Assembly: GCA_965263185.1 (NCBI GenBank)
Contig: OZ253588.1
Coordinates: 448,895 to 512,894 of the forward strand
From: Dehalococcoidia bacterium
Lineage (GTDB): Bacteria > Chloroflexota > Dehalococcoidia > Lucifugimonadales > UBA2985
Direction of reading: 5' to 3'
DNA length: 64,000 nt
In this document: positions 37,014 through 47,007 of the stretch, piece after piece
Numbering within the stretch: the first letter of the stretch is position 1
How the letters are laid out: every line of letters starts with the position of its first letter
Position numbers and translations under genes: made by a program
The notes under the pieces: generated by a model
Told to the model about the DNA's origin: nothing
Seen by the model: the letters and a program-made list of their open reading frames with translations, nothing else
Database searches by the model: none

Positions 37014-37250
37014 TCACCTCTGCCTGCCTGGGCGCCAACGCGATTGGATTTAGGCGTCTGCTTGAATCAAGTGATGGCTGATGGCATAATGGCCTTGGTA
37101 AGGTCGAATTTGGCCCAGATGAAAGTACGTAATGTCGGGCGTATCGGGGTACCATATGCTGAAAGGGGTAACCCCATCCCGCAGTTTTTCGGGACCGCTA
37201 TTGCCTTTATTCCTGTTCTGTAGAAGCGCTGAGATGAAGGAGGTTGTAAG

Positions 37251-38519
37251 ATGGTGACTTCCGATAGACTTGGTATTCTGGTGGGAGGCGGGCCCGCGCC
37301 CGGCATAAACAGCGTCATAAGCTCCGTCACTATAGAGGCCATCAACTCCGGCCTCCAGGTGACTGGCATCTACGATGGGTTTGAGCATCTGATACAAGGC
37401 CGCACAGACCACGTGCAGCCACTTTCCATTGCCGACGTCTCGCGTATCCACTTCCAGGGAGGCTCCATCCTGCGCACTTCCAGGGCCAACCCTACGCGGC
37501 AGCCGGAACACTTGCAGAGGGTTGGCCAGACCCTCAAGGAGTTGGGCATAGGCTATCTTGTCACCATCGGCGGCGACGACACCGCCTTTGGAGCCGCCGA
37601 GGTGGCCAACGCCTCCTATGAAACGCTGCGGGTGGTCCACGTTCCCAAGACCATAGACAACGACCTGCCGCTGCCCGGCGGGATGCCTACCTTTGGCTTT
37701 GAGACCGCGCGTCAGGTGGGCGCCGAGATTGTGCTCAACATTATGGAGGACTCGCGTACCACCAACCGCTGGTACCTGGTGGTGGTGATGGGGCGCACAG
37801 CCGGGCACCTTGCGCTGGGCATAGGCAAGTCGGCGGGAGCCACCATTACCATAATCCCGGAGGAGTTCTCCAGGCCGCGCCTTTCGCTTGAGCAGGTCTG
37901 CAAAGTCATTGAGGGAGCCATCCTCAAGCGACGGTTCATGGGCCAGAGACATGGCATCGTGGTAGTCGCCGAGGGCATAGGCAGCAGGCTTGACCAAGAG
38001 GAGCTGGCCAAGGTCCCGGGCGTGGTGGTGACCCACGACCCCTATGGACACGTTCGTCTCGGTGAGATACCCCTGGCTATGATCCTCCGGCAGGAGGTGC
38101 AGCGGAGGTTTGCCGAACGGGGTGAGAACCTGCCGCTCGTCGACTATAACATTGGTTACGGATTGCGCTCCGCTGCGCCCGTTCCGTTTGACATCGACTA
38201 CACGCGCACGTTGGGTTACGGGGCTGTCCGCCTCCTTGTGGAAGAGACCAGGGATGACCTGTTGCACGGGTCGCTGATCTGCCTAGAGGGGGGGAGCCTG
38301 ACTCCCATACCTCTGCGAGACCTCCGAGACCCAGACACCGGTAGGACGCGGGTGCGCATGGTGGACATCGACTCGGCGCACTACAAGACCGCCCGGCAGT
38401 ACATGATCCGGCTGGAGAGGCGAGACCTGGAAGATCCTCGGACACTGGCCGGACTGGCCGATGCCGCTAACATGTCCAAGGAGGAGTTTACGGAGAGATA
38501 CTCACTGGTCGTGGGCTGA
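37251..38519 (+). CDS. pfp: Pyrophosphate-dependent 6-phosphofructokinase (PFK family, PPi-type signature)
   Basis: LGILVGGGPAPGINS, TIGGDDT (Asp at the position that is Gly in ATP-PFK) and VPKTIDNDL (Lys in place of Gly), the classic PPi-PFK discriminators. Confidence 0.85.
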   Translation: MVTSDRLGILVGGGPAPGINSVISSVTIEAINSGLQVTGIYDGFEHLIQGRTDHVQPLSIADVSRIHFQGGSILRTSRANPTRQPEHLQRVGQTLKELGIGYLVTIGGDDTAFGAAEVANASYETLRVVHVPKTIDNDLPLPGGMPTFGFETARQVGAEIVLNIMEDSRTTNRWYLVVVMGRTAGHLALGIGKSAGATITIIPEEFSRPRLSLEQVCKVIEGAILKRRFMGQRHGIVVVAEGIGSRLDQEELAKVPGVVVTHDPYGHVRLGEIPLAMILRQEVQRRFAERGENLPLVDYNIGYGLRSAAPVPFDIDYTRTLGYGAVRLLVEETRDDLLHGSLICLEGGSLTPIPLRDLRDPDTGRTRVRMVDIDSAHYKTARQYMIRLERRDLEDPRTLAGLADAANMSKEEFTERYSLVVG

Positions 38520-38638
38520 TACCGGTAAATCCGGCCACTGTCCGCCCTGTTATGCCCCGTACATCAAGAAGGCCGACCCATCTCAGACGGGCCGACCTTC
38601 CTACTTTTCCAATCAGGATCCCCGCGTACCGGAGCGAG

Positions 38639-40189
38639 CTATTCCAGGAAATCTTTGAGCTTTCTGGAGCGAGAGGGATGGCGGAGTCTTCGCAGGGCCT
38701 TCGCCTCTATTTGGCGGATACGCTCCCGAGTTACGCCGAACTCTCTCCCGACCTCTTCCAGGGTGCGGCTGCGGCCGTCCTCCAGGCCGAAGCGCAGCTG
38801 AAGGACGCGGCGCTCCCGGACGTTGAGGGTGTCTAGGACGTCCTCAACCAGCTCCTTCAGGAGTTGGTAGGAGGCGGCGTCCGCGGGCGCAATGGCGCCC
38901 CTGTCCTCTATGAAGTCCCCCAGATGGTTGTCTTCCTCCTCGCCTATGGGGGTCTCCAGAGACACCGGCTCCTGGGAAATCTTGAGTATCTCCCGCACCT
39001 TCTCCGGGCTGAGCTCCATGTCCAGGCCAATCTCCTCGCTGGTGGGCTCGCGCCCAAAGTCCTGTACCAGCCGCCGGCTGGTGCGCATGAGCTTGTTGAT
39101 GGTCTCCACCATGTGGACGGGGATGCGAATGGTCCGGGCCTGGTCGGCGATGGCCCTGGTTATGGCCTGGCGTATCCACCAGGTGGCGTAGGTGCTGAAC
39201 TTGTAGCCCTTGCGATAGTCGAACTTCTCCACGGCGCGGATCAGGCCAATGTTCCCTTCCTGGACCAGGTCCAGCAGGGACATGCCGCGGCCGATGTACT
39301 TTTTGGCGACGCTTACCACCAATCGCAGGTTGGCTTCCGCTAGGTGCCTCTGAGCTCTTACACCCTCCTCCACAACCCCGTCCAAGTTGGCCTTCAGTTC
39401 GGCCTCCCGCGCCATGAGACCCCTGATGAATCCAGAGTCCTCAAGCGCCTGGGGTAGTCTGCTGAGCGGGGTCTCCTCTCCCATGATGCCGAACACGACC
39501 GGCGGCACTATACGGCTATTGACCGACAGACGTAGGAGGTCCCTTCGCAGCTCATCGGCAGGGTATTCCAGTTCCATTGCCAGATCTGCAACCATCTCAA
39601 GGTTTATCTCACTGTCTATGTTGGCAAGGACTTCCGGGTCTGAGCGTAGGTGCCAGAGGCTCAAGCTGCCGGGAATGTCCAGTCTTCTACCCAGAGCCTC
39701 CGCCAGGAACGAAGCCTGGCCCAGGCGTCTGAGGAGCAGGAGGACTATTTCGTAGGCTTTGGGGGGCCATCCGTTATGGGCGGCAATCTCATTCTCCAGG
39801 CTCTTGATCTGTATGCCGCACTCCATACTGCGGGCAAGGGTCCGCTCACCCTGGGCGGTCAGAAGATGGACCCGGCCTATCTCCCGGAGGTACATCCGGA
39901 CGGGGTCGTCTATCATGTCAGGGATTTCCAGTTCGGCCTCAAGCTCTACTTCTCCGCCTTCCACCGCGGCGCCTATCTCCTCCAACTCCTCTTTGGCCAG
40001 AGAGGTAGGGATTGCAGGCACGTCTGCCTCGCCGTCGACCTGTGGAACGGAGGTGTCGATGCCCAGCTCCTTGGCATCATCCCTTATGTTGGACCCCACC
40101 GTTGCCAGAATGCTCTCCGATGCCCCGTCTTCCTCTTCCGAAAGCTCGCTTATTAGCTCGTCTAGCTCGTTATTTCGATTTCTTGCCAT
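38639..40189 (-). CDS. rpoD: RNA polymerase primary sigma factor
   Basis: [11 protein letters not shown], region 2 [57 protein letters not shown], region 4 [20 protein letters not shown]. Confidence 0.96.
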   Translation of the reverse strand: MARNRNNELDELISELSEEEDGASESILATVGSNIRDDAKELGIDTSVPQVDGEADVPAIPTSLAKEELEEIGAAVEGGEVELEAELEIPDMIDDPVRMYLREIGRVHLLTAQGERTLARSMECGIQIKSLENEIAAHNGWPPKAYEIVLLLLRRLGQASFLAEALGRRLDIPGSLSLWHLRSDPEVLANIDSEINLEMVADLAMELEYPADELRRDLLRLSVNSRIVPPVVFGIMGEETPLSRLPQALEDSGFIRGLMAREAELKANLDGVVEEGVRAQRHLAEANLRLVVSVAKKYIGRGMSLLDLVQEGNIGLIRAVEKFDYRKGYKFSTYATWWIRQAITRAIADQARTIRIPVHMVETINKLMRTSRRLVQDFGREPTSEEIGLDMELSPEKVREILKISQEPVSLETPIGEEEDNHLGDFIEDRGAIAPADAASYQLLKELVEDVLDTLNVRERRVLQLRFGLEDGRSRTLEEVGREFGVTRERIRQIEAKALRRLRHPSRSRKLKDFLE

Positions 40190-40198
40190 ATCACCATC

Positions 40199-42016
40199 TC
40201 ACGTATTGGTAGGATTTGGACCGGAGAATAGCTCTTTCAGTTGCTGGTTGATCTCCCGGGCTTGATTGAGAGAAGGGCTGAGGCTGGAGATGTCCTTCCA
40301 GTCGGCTTCCTCCAACTGCTCCATCAGCGCCTGTTCCTGTACCTTGAAGTAGCGCTCCTTCAGCCGGTTGACCACCGCTTGCAGGTCCCTTTCCCGCTCC
40401 TTTATGTTCAGCGGAGGGTTCTCCATGCTCAAGAGGGTCTGAAGGTGCTCCGTCAGGTCTGTGGACAGACTACCAGCAATCTCCTCTATTGTAGCACAGG
40501 CAGCCCACTTTGTGAAGATATCCCTGTTCTCCGACTGCTCGAAGTAGTCCGGAGATATATCAAGTCCGCTCTCTCTCAGCTCGGTATGGCGCAGGAGAAG
40601 GGACAGGCAGTGCTCTTCCAAGTTGGCCGAGCTCAACGGAGATGCGCCCAGGGCGGCGGCGGCGGTTGGCGCTCGCCTGTTGGGAGTTGGGGCGCGCCTC
40701 TGAGACCGCCATATGTATCGCTCCAGGTCCGCTTCGCTCAACGAAACGACGTCCGCCAGACGACGAAGATATCTGCGGTGTACGAAGGGGTTTCCTTCCC
40801 CTCTGATGAAGGAGCCCAGGGAGTCCACCAGTTGACGCTTGCCCTCATCGCTGTTCAGGTCAAAGCGGGCCGGAAGCGCTTCCAGCAGGTGGTCCAGAAG
40901 GGGCTGCGCTTCCGAGATCAGCCTCTCCCACTCACCTGGGTCCTCTCGGATCAACGCGTCCGGGTCCTTGCCGGCGGGAAGGGCCGCCACCTTCAGGGAT
41001 GCGTTCATGTGGCGTTGGCTGAACACCGTCCCGCTCCTTCCGCCGGCCCGCAGGTAGTCGATTTGAAGCGCCTGCCAGGACGATTCCAGGCTGCGCAGGG
41101 TAGCCTCCTTGCCGGCGTTGTCGGGGTCCAGGGCCAGAATGTAGGTTGACGCCAGGGACCTGAGCATGGAGACCTGCTGTCCGGTCAACGCAGTGCCCAT
41201 GGATGCCACCACGTTCCGAAAGCCGTACTGGCGCGCGGCGATGACGTCCATGTAGCCCTCTACTATGACTGCTGCGCCGGCGCTGCCGATGGACTCCTTT
41301 GCCAGGGACAGCCCGTAGAGGATGCCGCTCTTGTCGAAGATGGAGGTGCGAGGGGTGTTGAGGTACTTTGGCGTGGAATCGTCCAGGGCTCTGCCTCCAA
41401 AGCCGGCTATACGCCCGGAGGCGTCCAGGATTGGGAACATGAGCCGTCTGTGGAATAGATCGCGCGCCCCACCGCTTTCGGCTCCGGTGGCAAGTCCTGC
41501 AGAGAGCGCCTCCTGCTCCGAGTGGCCTCGCCCCAGCAGATGCCTGAGAAGGGCCTCGCGGCCGCCGGGGCTGAGTCCCAGCCGGAACGTTTCTTCCGTC
41601 TCTTGGTCTACGCCTCTCTGCCGCAGGTAGTCCCTGGCTTTGGCGCCCTCCTGGGAGTCCAGGACCGTGCGGAAGTAGTCCGCCGCCTCTTCGTTGATGC
41701 CGTGCAGGGCCTCTTGCCTCCCCCTGGCTTGCCTGGATGGAAGGGTCACCCCGGTGCGTTCTGCGAGTTGGCCCAGGGCTTCGCTGAACTCCAGGTTCGC
41801 TGCCTTCATCACGAAGGATATGACGTCGCCGCCGGTGGCGCACGCGCCAAAGCAATGCCACGTCTGGCGCTCCGGGGACACGTAGAAAGAGGGGGTCTTT
41901 TCCGTGTGAAAAGGGCAGTTGGCCTTGAAGTTACGCCCAGATTTCTGGAGTGCGGCGTAATCCGAGACTACCTCCACTATTTCTGCACGGCTTTTGACGT
42001 CCTGTATAGCGGTCAT
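40199..42016 (-). CDS. dnaG: DNA primase
   Basis: Zinc ribbon [25 protein letters not shown] and TOPRIM [8 protein letters not shown]...LDPDNAG. Immediately upstream of rpoD. Confidence 0.95.
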   Translation of the reverse strand: [605 protein letters not shown]

Positions 42017-42139
42017 AGCTCAGGTCTCACCTGTAAAGACGGTCTTGGGTTGCTCTCTGTGATTGTAGCAGTCCTCCGGTTCGCGTACTCCAAGGGGCGG
42101 GACGGCTGTATGAGACGCATTTTCAACCGTTTGGGGTCT

Positions 42140-43285
42140 TCATAACGGCATTTCCTGCTGTCCCGGTCGCTGGCTGATGGATTTAAGGTAGTCTTCCAGC
42201 TCGTCCAGGCTCCTCAGCAGCAGCCCGTCTCCCTTCTGTCCTATGAAGGGAGTGGGATCGCGGGACGCCTCCCAGACAATGACGATGTCCTTGGTGGAGG
42301 CTTCCGCGTGCTCTATTTCCGATTGGACGCCGCCCGCGATCAGAGGGTTGCCGTCCGCATAGGCGGGGAAGTAGGCCACCAGCATCTCAGACTGGTCTAT
42401 CAGCTTGAGGTCTCTTGCCACAACCTGGCCGTCTATGTCATCCCTTATGGCTTCTACCTCCCTACGGCTCAGCAGCACGGTTTCCCCAAGCGCCGGACAT
42501 TCCATGTCTTCCGCTTCGCTTTGCGTCTGCTGCGCCAGGTCCAGCAGCCTCTTTTCGCCTATCATCAGGGGGTCAAAGGCGGTGAGGTAGGCGCGCAAGA
42601 GCTTGCGATACCTGACCACCTTTTCCCAGATGTCCGGCCTGGCTCGCGCGTCGCTTATGGGGTAGCTGACGTAGGTCTTCTTCCTCCAGGGCTCGAACAT
42701 CAGATGGTACACTACCTCTAGGGGTTCCGGAGAGACCTCCTCCTCCAGCGAAACTCCCAGGACGTAGTGGGGGACGTCCAGGACAGAGGCCAGTATCTCG
42801 GATGCGAGCATCTCCTCCTCTCGCCAGACGAGCAGATCCTTGAGGCTGTACTTGGTGTCCGGCGGCAGGTCGCCTGAGCTTTTGAACGCGTCCAGGCGCA
42901 TTTTGACGGCCTCCACGTCATCTATGAGGGTAACGATGACATCCGGTTGGAACTCCTTGACTTCGGGAAGCTCAAAGGCCCTCATCAGCCGGTTGTTCCA
43001 TCGAAAGACGGCGTGGGAGTTCACGAACACGTTGCTCATCCCTGAGCTATGGCTGCGGATTAGATTGAACGCCCCGCGCCGCAGCGCGCCAAGCTGGGCC
43101 AGGGGAAGGTCCAGTATCTTCCCCTCCTTCAGGGTAGCGCCGGACTTCCGGCTCTCCTCGTACATGATGTCGCCAACGTTGAACACCGCTTCAATGCTCT
43201 TGCCCTTTCGGGCGCAGAAGTCCCTGAGCGCTTGAAGCTGGCTCTTCTTGTCTATGCCGGTCTGCCCCGTGAACAACGCCCGCAT
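42140..43285 (-). CDS. Uncharacterized two-domain protein: archaeal-adenylate-kinase-like N-domain (degenerate P-loop) + nucleoside 2-deoxyribosyltransferase-like C-domain
   Basis: N-terminal: ALFTGQTGIDKKS...VFNVGDIMYEE...VNSHAVFRWNN...PDVIVTLIDDVEAV, the topology of AdkA-type kinases. C-terminal: KTYVSYPIS...DQSEMLVAYFP...GGVQSEIEHAEASTKDIVIVW, a Rossmann-like NDT/PNT pattern. Assignments are by eye only. Confidence 0.45.
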   Translation of the reverse strand: MRALFTGQTGIDKKSQLQALRDFCARKGKSIEAVFNVGDIMYEESRKSGATLKEGKILDLPLAQLGALRRGAFNLIRSHSSGMSNVFVNSHAVFRWNNRLMRAFELPEVKEFQPDVIVTLIDDVEAVKMRLDAFKSSGDLPPDTKYSLKDLLVWREEEMLASEILASVLDVPHYVLGVSLEEEVSPEPLEVVYHLMFEPWRKKTYVSYPISDARARPDIWEKVVRYRKLLRAYLTAFDPLMIGEKRLLDLAQQTQSEAEDMECPALGETVLLSRREVEAIRDDIDGQVVARDLKLIDQSEMLVAYFPAYADGNPLIAGGVQSEIEHAEASTKDIVIVWEASRDPTPFIGQKGDGLLLRSLDELEDYLKSISQRPGQQEMPL

Positions 43286-43407
43286 GTCATGACCTCCGTT
43301 TGCGGTGGGGATTGCAGGGTCTCACAACCGCAGTATGTGATAACCGCGCCGGTTTGTATAGCGCGCCGCTGATGCCGGGTATGAAGGCTTGTGGCAGGCG
43401 GCGGAGG

Positions 43408-45252
43408 CTATTCCACGGTGACGGACTTTGCCAGGTTCCTGGGCCGGTCTATGTCGGACCCGCGCTTTACGGCCATGTGAAAGGCGAGAAGCTGCAACGG
43501 GACTGAGGCCAGTATCGGCGTGAGGAGTGGGGTCAACGGCGGGATGTACAGAACATGGTCCGCTATATTGGCGATCTCCTCGTCTCCCTCGGTCGCCAGC
43601 GCTATGACGATGCCGCCCCTGGCCTTCACCTCGAATATGCTGTTGAGCATCTTGTCGCGCAGGCCGTCCCTGGGGGCAATGGCAACCACGGGCATGTCCT
43701 GGTCAACCAGGGCTATGGGGCCGTGCTTTATCTCACCGGCCGAACACCCCTCAGCGTGCGTGTAAGCGATCTCCTTGAGCTTTAGCGCCCCTTCCAGGGC
43801 CACCGGGTAGTTAGGCCCGCGCCCCATGTAGAGGAAGTGGGACTTGTCCTGGTACCGCTCTGCCAGCTCAATGTACGGCTCCTGATTGGATACCAGGTCG
43901 CTCAGCAGGTCGGGGAGTCGCGCCAGGTCCTTCAGCGCCTCTCCCAGGGCCGCCTGGGAGAGGAACCCGCGCCGGTGCCCCACGTACGCCGCCAGCAAGT
44001 ACAGGGCTTCCAGGGAGCAGGTGAAGGTCTTAGTGGACGCCACGCCTATCTCCGGCCCGGCCCGCAGGTAGATGCAGCCCTCCGCCAGCCGGGTGGCCTG
44101 GCTCCCCTCCGAGTTGCACACGGTTATGAGTCTGGCCCCCTTGCCGGAAGCCTCCTCCATGGCCGACAGCGTATCGGCGGTCTCCCCGGACTGTCCAATG
44201 GAGACCACAAGGGTCCGGGAGTCCAGGATGGGGTCCCTGTACCTGAACTCAGAGGCGTTCTCCGCCTCCGACGGGAGTCCGCTCAGCCGCTCCATCATGT
44301 ACCGCGCCACCAGCGCGGCGTTGAAGCTGGTCCCCATTGCTACGAATATCACGCGATTGATGCCCTTGATGTCCGAATCGGTAAGGTTCAATCCCTCCAG
44401 GGAAACGTCCCCGGTGTCGAAGGACACTCGGCCGCGAAGGGTGGCGATGGTGGCCTGGGGTTGCTCCACAATCTCCTTAAGCATGAAGTGCTTGTATCCT
44501 CCCTTTGCGATGGACACCGGGTCGTAGGGAAGCAGCTGGGGTGCCTTCTCCAGAACGGAGCCCTCCAGGGATGCGTATGACGCTGAGTCGCCGGTCAGAG
44601 ACACCATTTCTCCGGCGGACAGGAAGACGATACGCTGGGTGTGGGGTATGATGGCCGGCAGGTCGCTTGCCAGCAGCATCTCGTTCTCCCCGTATCCCAC
44701 CAGGAGCCCCCCGGCGTTGCGGATCCTGAACGCGATGAGCTTTCCGGGTTCTCGCTTGCACATGACCACCGCCGCGTGGGCCCCCGTCAACCGGAGGGCC
44801 GCCTGGCGGACCGCCTCTTCCGGAGTCGCGCCCCGGCGCAGGAAGTTCTCGATTAGGTGGGGGATCACCTCGCTGTCCGTTTCGGACGTGAAGGCGTGCC
44901 CCTGGGCCATGAGCTCGTCCTTGATCTCCAGGTGGTTCTCAACGATGCCGTTGTGCACCACTATGACCTCTTCCAGGCAGTCTGTGAGAGGGTGGGCGTT
45001 GGAGTTGTTGGCCTGGCCGTGGGTGGCCCACCGCGTGTGCCCGATTCCAACGTTTCCGCCGGGAAGGGCGCCCTGGAGGGACATTACCAGGTTCTCCAGC
45101 TTGCCGGAAGCCTTTCTGACCGCCACGTCGCCGTTGGGGGCCATGACGGATATGCCCGCGCTGTCGTACCCCCTGTACTCCAGGTTGGCAAGGCCATCCA
45201 GCAGGATGGGGGCAGCCTCTCTATGGCCAGCGTATCCAATGATACCGCACAA
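43408..45252 (-). CDS. glmS: Glutamine--fructose-6-phosphate aminotransferase (isomerizing)
   Basis: MCGIIGY N-terminal nucleophile, two SIS domains, C-terminal ...DRPRNLAKSVTVE. Confidence 0.97.
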   Translation of the reverse strand: MCGIIGYAGHREAAPILLDGLANLEYRGYDSAGISVMAPNGDVAVRKASGKLENLVMSLQGALPGGNVGIGHTRWATHGQANNSNAHPLTDCLEEVIVVHNGIVENHLEIKDELMAQGHAFTSETDSEVIPHLIENFLRRGATPEEAVRQAALRLTGAHAAVVMCKREPGKLIAFRIRNAGGLLVGYGENEMLLASDLPAIIPHTQRIVFLSAGEMVSLTGDSASYASLEGSVLEKAPQLLPYDPVSIAKGGYKHFMLKEIVEQPQATIATLRGRVSFDTGDVSLEGLNLTDSDIKGINRVIFVAMGTSFNAALVARYMMERLSGLPSEAENASEFRYRDPILDSRTLVVSIGQSGETADTLSAMEEASGKGARLITVCNSEGSQATRLAEGCIYLRAGPEIGVASTKTFTCSLEALYLLAAYVGHRRGFLSQAALGEALKDLARLPDLLSDLVSNQEPYIELAERYQDKSHFLYMGRGPNYPVALEGALKLKEIAYTHAEGCSAGEIKHGPIALVDQDMPVVAIAPRDGLRDKMLNSIFEVKARGGIVIALATEGDEEIANIADHVLYIPPLTPLLTPILASVPLQLLAFHMAVKRGSDIDRPRNLAKSVTVE

Positions 45253-45254
45253 GG

Positions 45255-45944
45255 CTACGCACCCCCGCTTGCGCTTTCCGCTCCGACCTCTTCGGAGGCG
45301 GCTTCACTACCCTTCAGAGCGTACTCTCCCCTGTAGCTCTCAGGCAGCAGGGCCGCGACTCGCTCCATGATCATCGTGGTGATGGCCTCCAGCTGCCCTC
45401 GGACTATGATGCCCTCCATGTTTGGCAAGGAGAATGGCTGACCTATATTTATGCCGAATGTCCCCTTGGGTACGGCTACCTGCCAGAGGGGGCCTATGGC
45501 CGCGGTCCCGGTTATCCCCACGGGCAGAATGGGAGCTCCCGACTTGAGAGCGATCACAGCGATCCCCGGGTGGGCTCTACGCATGCCGTTGGGGCTGCGG
45601 GTCCCTTCCGGGAATATGGCCAGAGCGCCGTCTTCCTCCAGTATCCGCAGGCTGCGCTGGATGGCCGCCAGATCGTTCCCGCTCTGGTTGAGAGGGAAGG
45701 CCCCGTAGGCTTTGAAGAAGCGAGAGGCCACGGGGTTGTGGAAGAGGCCCCGCTTGGCCATGAAGCGCATACGCCTGGGAATGCTGGCGGCCAGGATGGG
45801 CGGGTCCATGTTGCTCTGGTGGTTTGCCACGATGATCAGAGGGCCCCACGGCGGCACGCACTCCCTTCCTTCCACATTCCATTCCCCGAATATGCGCAAC
45901 GCGCCCCTCAGGAGCACGTTGGACGTACTATATACCACGCCCAT
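45255..45944 (-). CDS. plsC: 1-acyl-sn-glycerol-3-phosphate acyltransferase
   Basis: NHQSNMDP (HX4D) and FPEGTRS motifs. Confidence 0.88.
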   Translation of the reverse strand: MGVVYSTSNVLLRGALRIFGEWNVEGRECVPPWGPLIIVANHQSNMDPPILAASIPRRMRFMAKRGLFHNPVASRFFKAYGAFPLNQSGNDLAAIQRSLRILEEDGALAIFPEGTRSPNGMRRAHPGIAVIALKSGAPILPVGITGTAAIGPLWQVAVPKGTFGINIGQPFSLPNMEGIIVRGQLEAITTMIMERVAALLPESYRGEYALKGSEAASEEVGAESASGGA

Positions 45945-46618
45945 CAGTCGTACTCCGCCAGCGCCAGTATGCGTTCAACCACCTGGGTAAGGTCTATACT
46001 CTCCGTGTTGAGGACGTAGGCCCCGTCTGCGGGACGTAGGGGGGAGTTGACCCGTTCCATGTCCAGCCGGTCACGTTGAAGCAGCTCTTCCAGGACCTGC
46101 TCAAGCTCGGCGGGCTGCCCCGCCTCATTCATCTCCAGGCAGCGCCTGCGGGCCCGCTCCTCCGGGGAGGCCGTGAGGAATATCTTGAGACGGGCGTCGG
46201 GAAGCACGACGGCGCCGATGTCCCTGCCGACCATGATCAACATACCCTGACTGGCAAGCTCCCTTTGGAGGGCCACCATGGCTTGTCGCACCCCTGTGAA
46301 GCGGGAGATTAGCGATACACCCTGCTCTATCACCCTTGTCCTGAGCTCCCCGGTGACATCGTGGCCGTTCACGGTGATCCGCGACTCCTCCGAGCTGTCG
46401 CTGCTCTCAACGTCTATCCGGGTCTGTTCGACCAGCGCCGTCACCACCGCCTCATCGTTCGGGTCAACCCCGTCTCTCAGAACGGCCCACGTCACGGCGC
46501 GGTACATTACTCCTGTGTCAATGAATCGGTAACCCAGGCGAGCGGCCAAAAGGGCGCCCACTGCGGATTTTCCTGCGGCTACAGGGCCGTCTATGGCAAT
46601 AGTCGGTGCCTTACTCAA
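45944..46618 (-). CDS. cmk: Cytidylate kinase
   Basis: IAIDGPVAAGKSAVG P-loop, FIDTGVMYRAVT, GRDIGAVVLPDA. Confidence 0.93.
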   Translation of the reverse strand: MSKAPTIAIDGPVAAGKSAVGALLAARLGYRFIDTGVMYRAVTWAVLRDGVDPNDEAVVTALVEQTRIDVESSDSSEESRITVNGHDVTGELRTRVIEQGVSLISRFTGVRQAMVALQRELASQGMLIMVGRDIGAVVLPDARLKIFLTASPEERARRRCLEMNEAGQPAELEQVLEELLQRDRLDMERVNSPLRPADGAYVLNTESIDLTQVVERILALAEYD

Positions 46619-46806
46619 TTAACGCCTTCGGTGGTGGAGTGGGGACCTACCGGACGGGTTTCTGTGAATCTACTTCCAGCAATTATATGTTTCCTTCAGT
46701 GCTTGCACAAGTGCGCCGCATAACCTGCGCGTGGATTTGGCGTTATCTTGAGTCGAACCACCGCCGATTCGGATGGCATCTGCCACCGGCTTTCCGCTCC
46801 AATACG

Positions 46807-47007
46807 CTAGTGGGATTGATCGACCCTTGCCGCGCGTTTCTCAAGGGCGCGACGTTCCAGCATGACCCTGTGGCCGCACGTTTCGCAACGGATGCCGATG
46901 TCCGCGCCCACACGGTACACCTCCCACCGGTAGCCCCCGCACGGGTGCGCCTTGCGCAGAGTGGCCTTGTCGCCCACGGCCCACTCCATGATTGCCTGGT
47001 TGCTCAT
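46807..47007 (-). CDS. DUF951-like small protein
   Basis: 66 aa: [62 protein letters not shown] overlap with the pyrF stop. The long 229-aa ORF (to 47496) is antisense noise. Confidence 0.65.
   Translation of the reverse strand: MSNQAIMEWAVGDKATLRKAHPCGGYRWEVYRVGADIGIRCETCGHRVMLERRALEKRAARVDQSH

Noticed and set aside
37050-38267. 405-aa minus-strand ORF
   Set aside because: It is antisense to the PPi-PFK gene, which carries the GGDDT and PKTIDND motifs. No recognisable domain.
38560-38600. Possible bidirectional terminator between convergent pfp and rpoD
   Set aside because: The conspicuous GGCCGACC motif occurs as a direct repeat, not an inverted one. I could not draw a convincing hairpin with a U-tract.
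45253-45260. glmS ribozyme upstream of glmS
   Set aside because: glmS starts 2 nt after the plsC stop, so there is no leader in which a ribozyme could reside.
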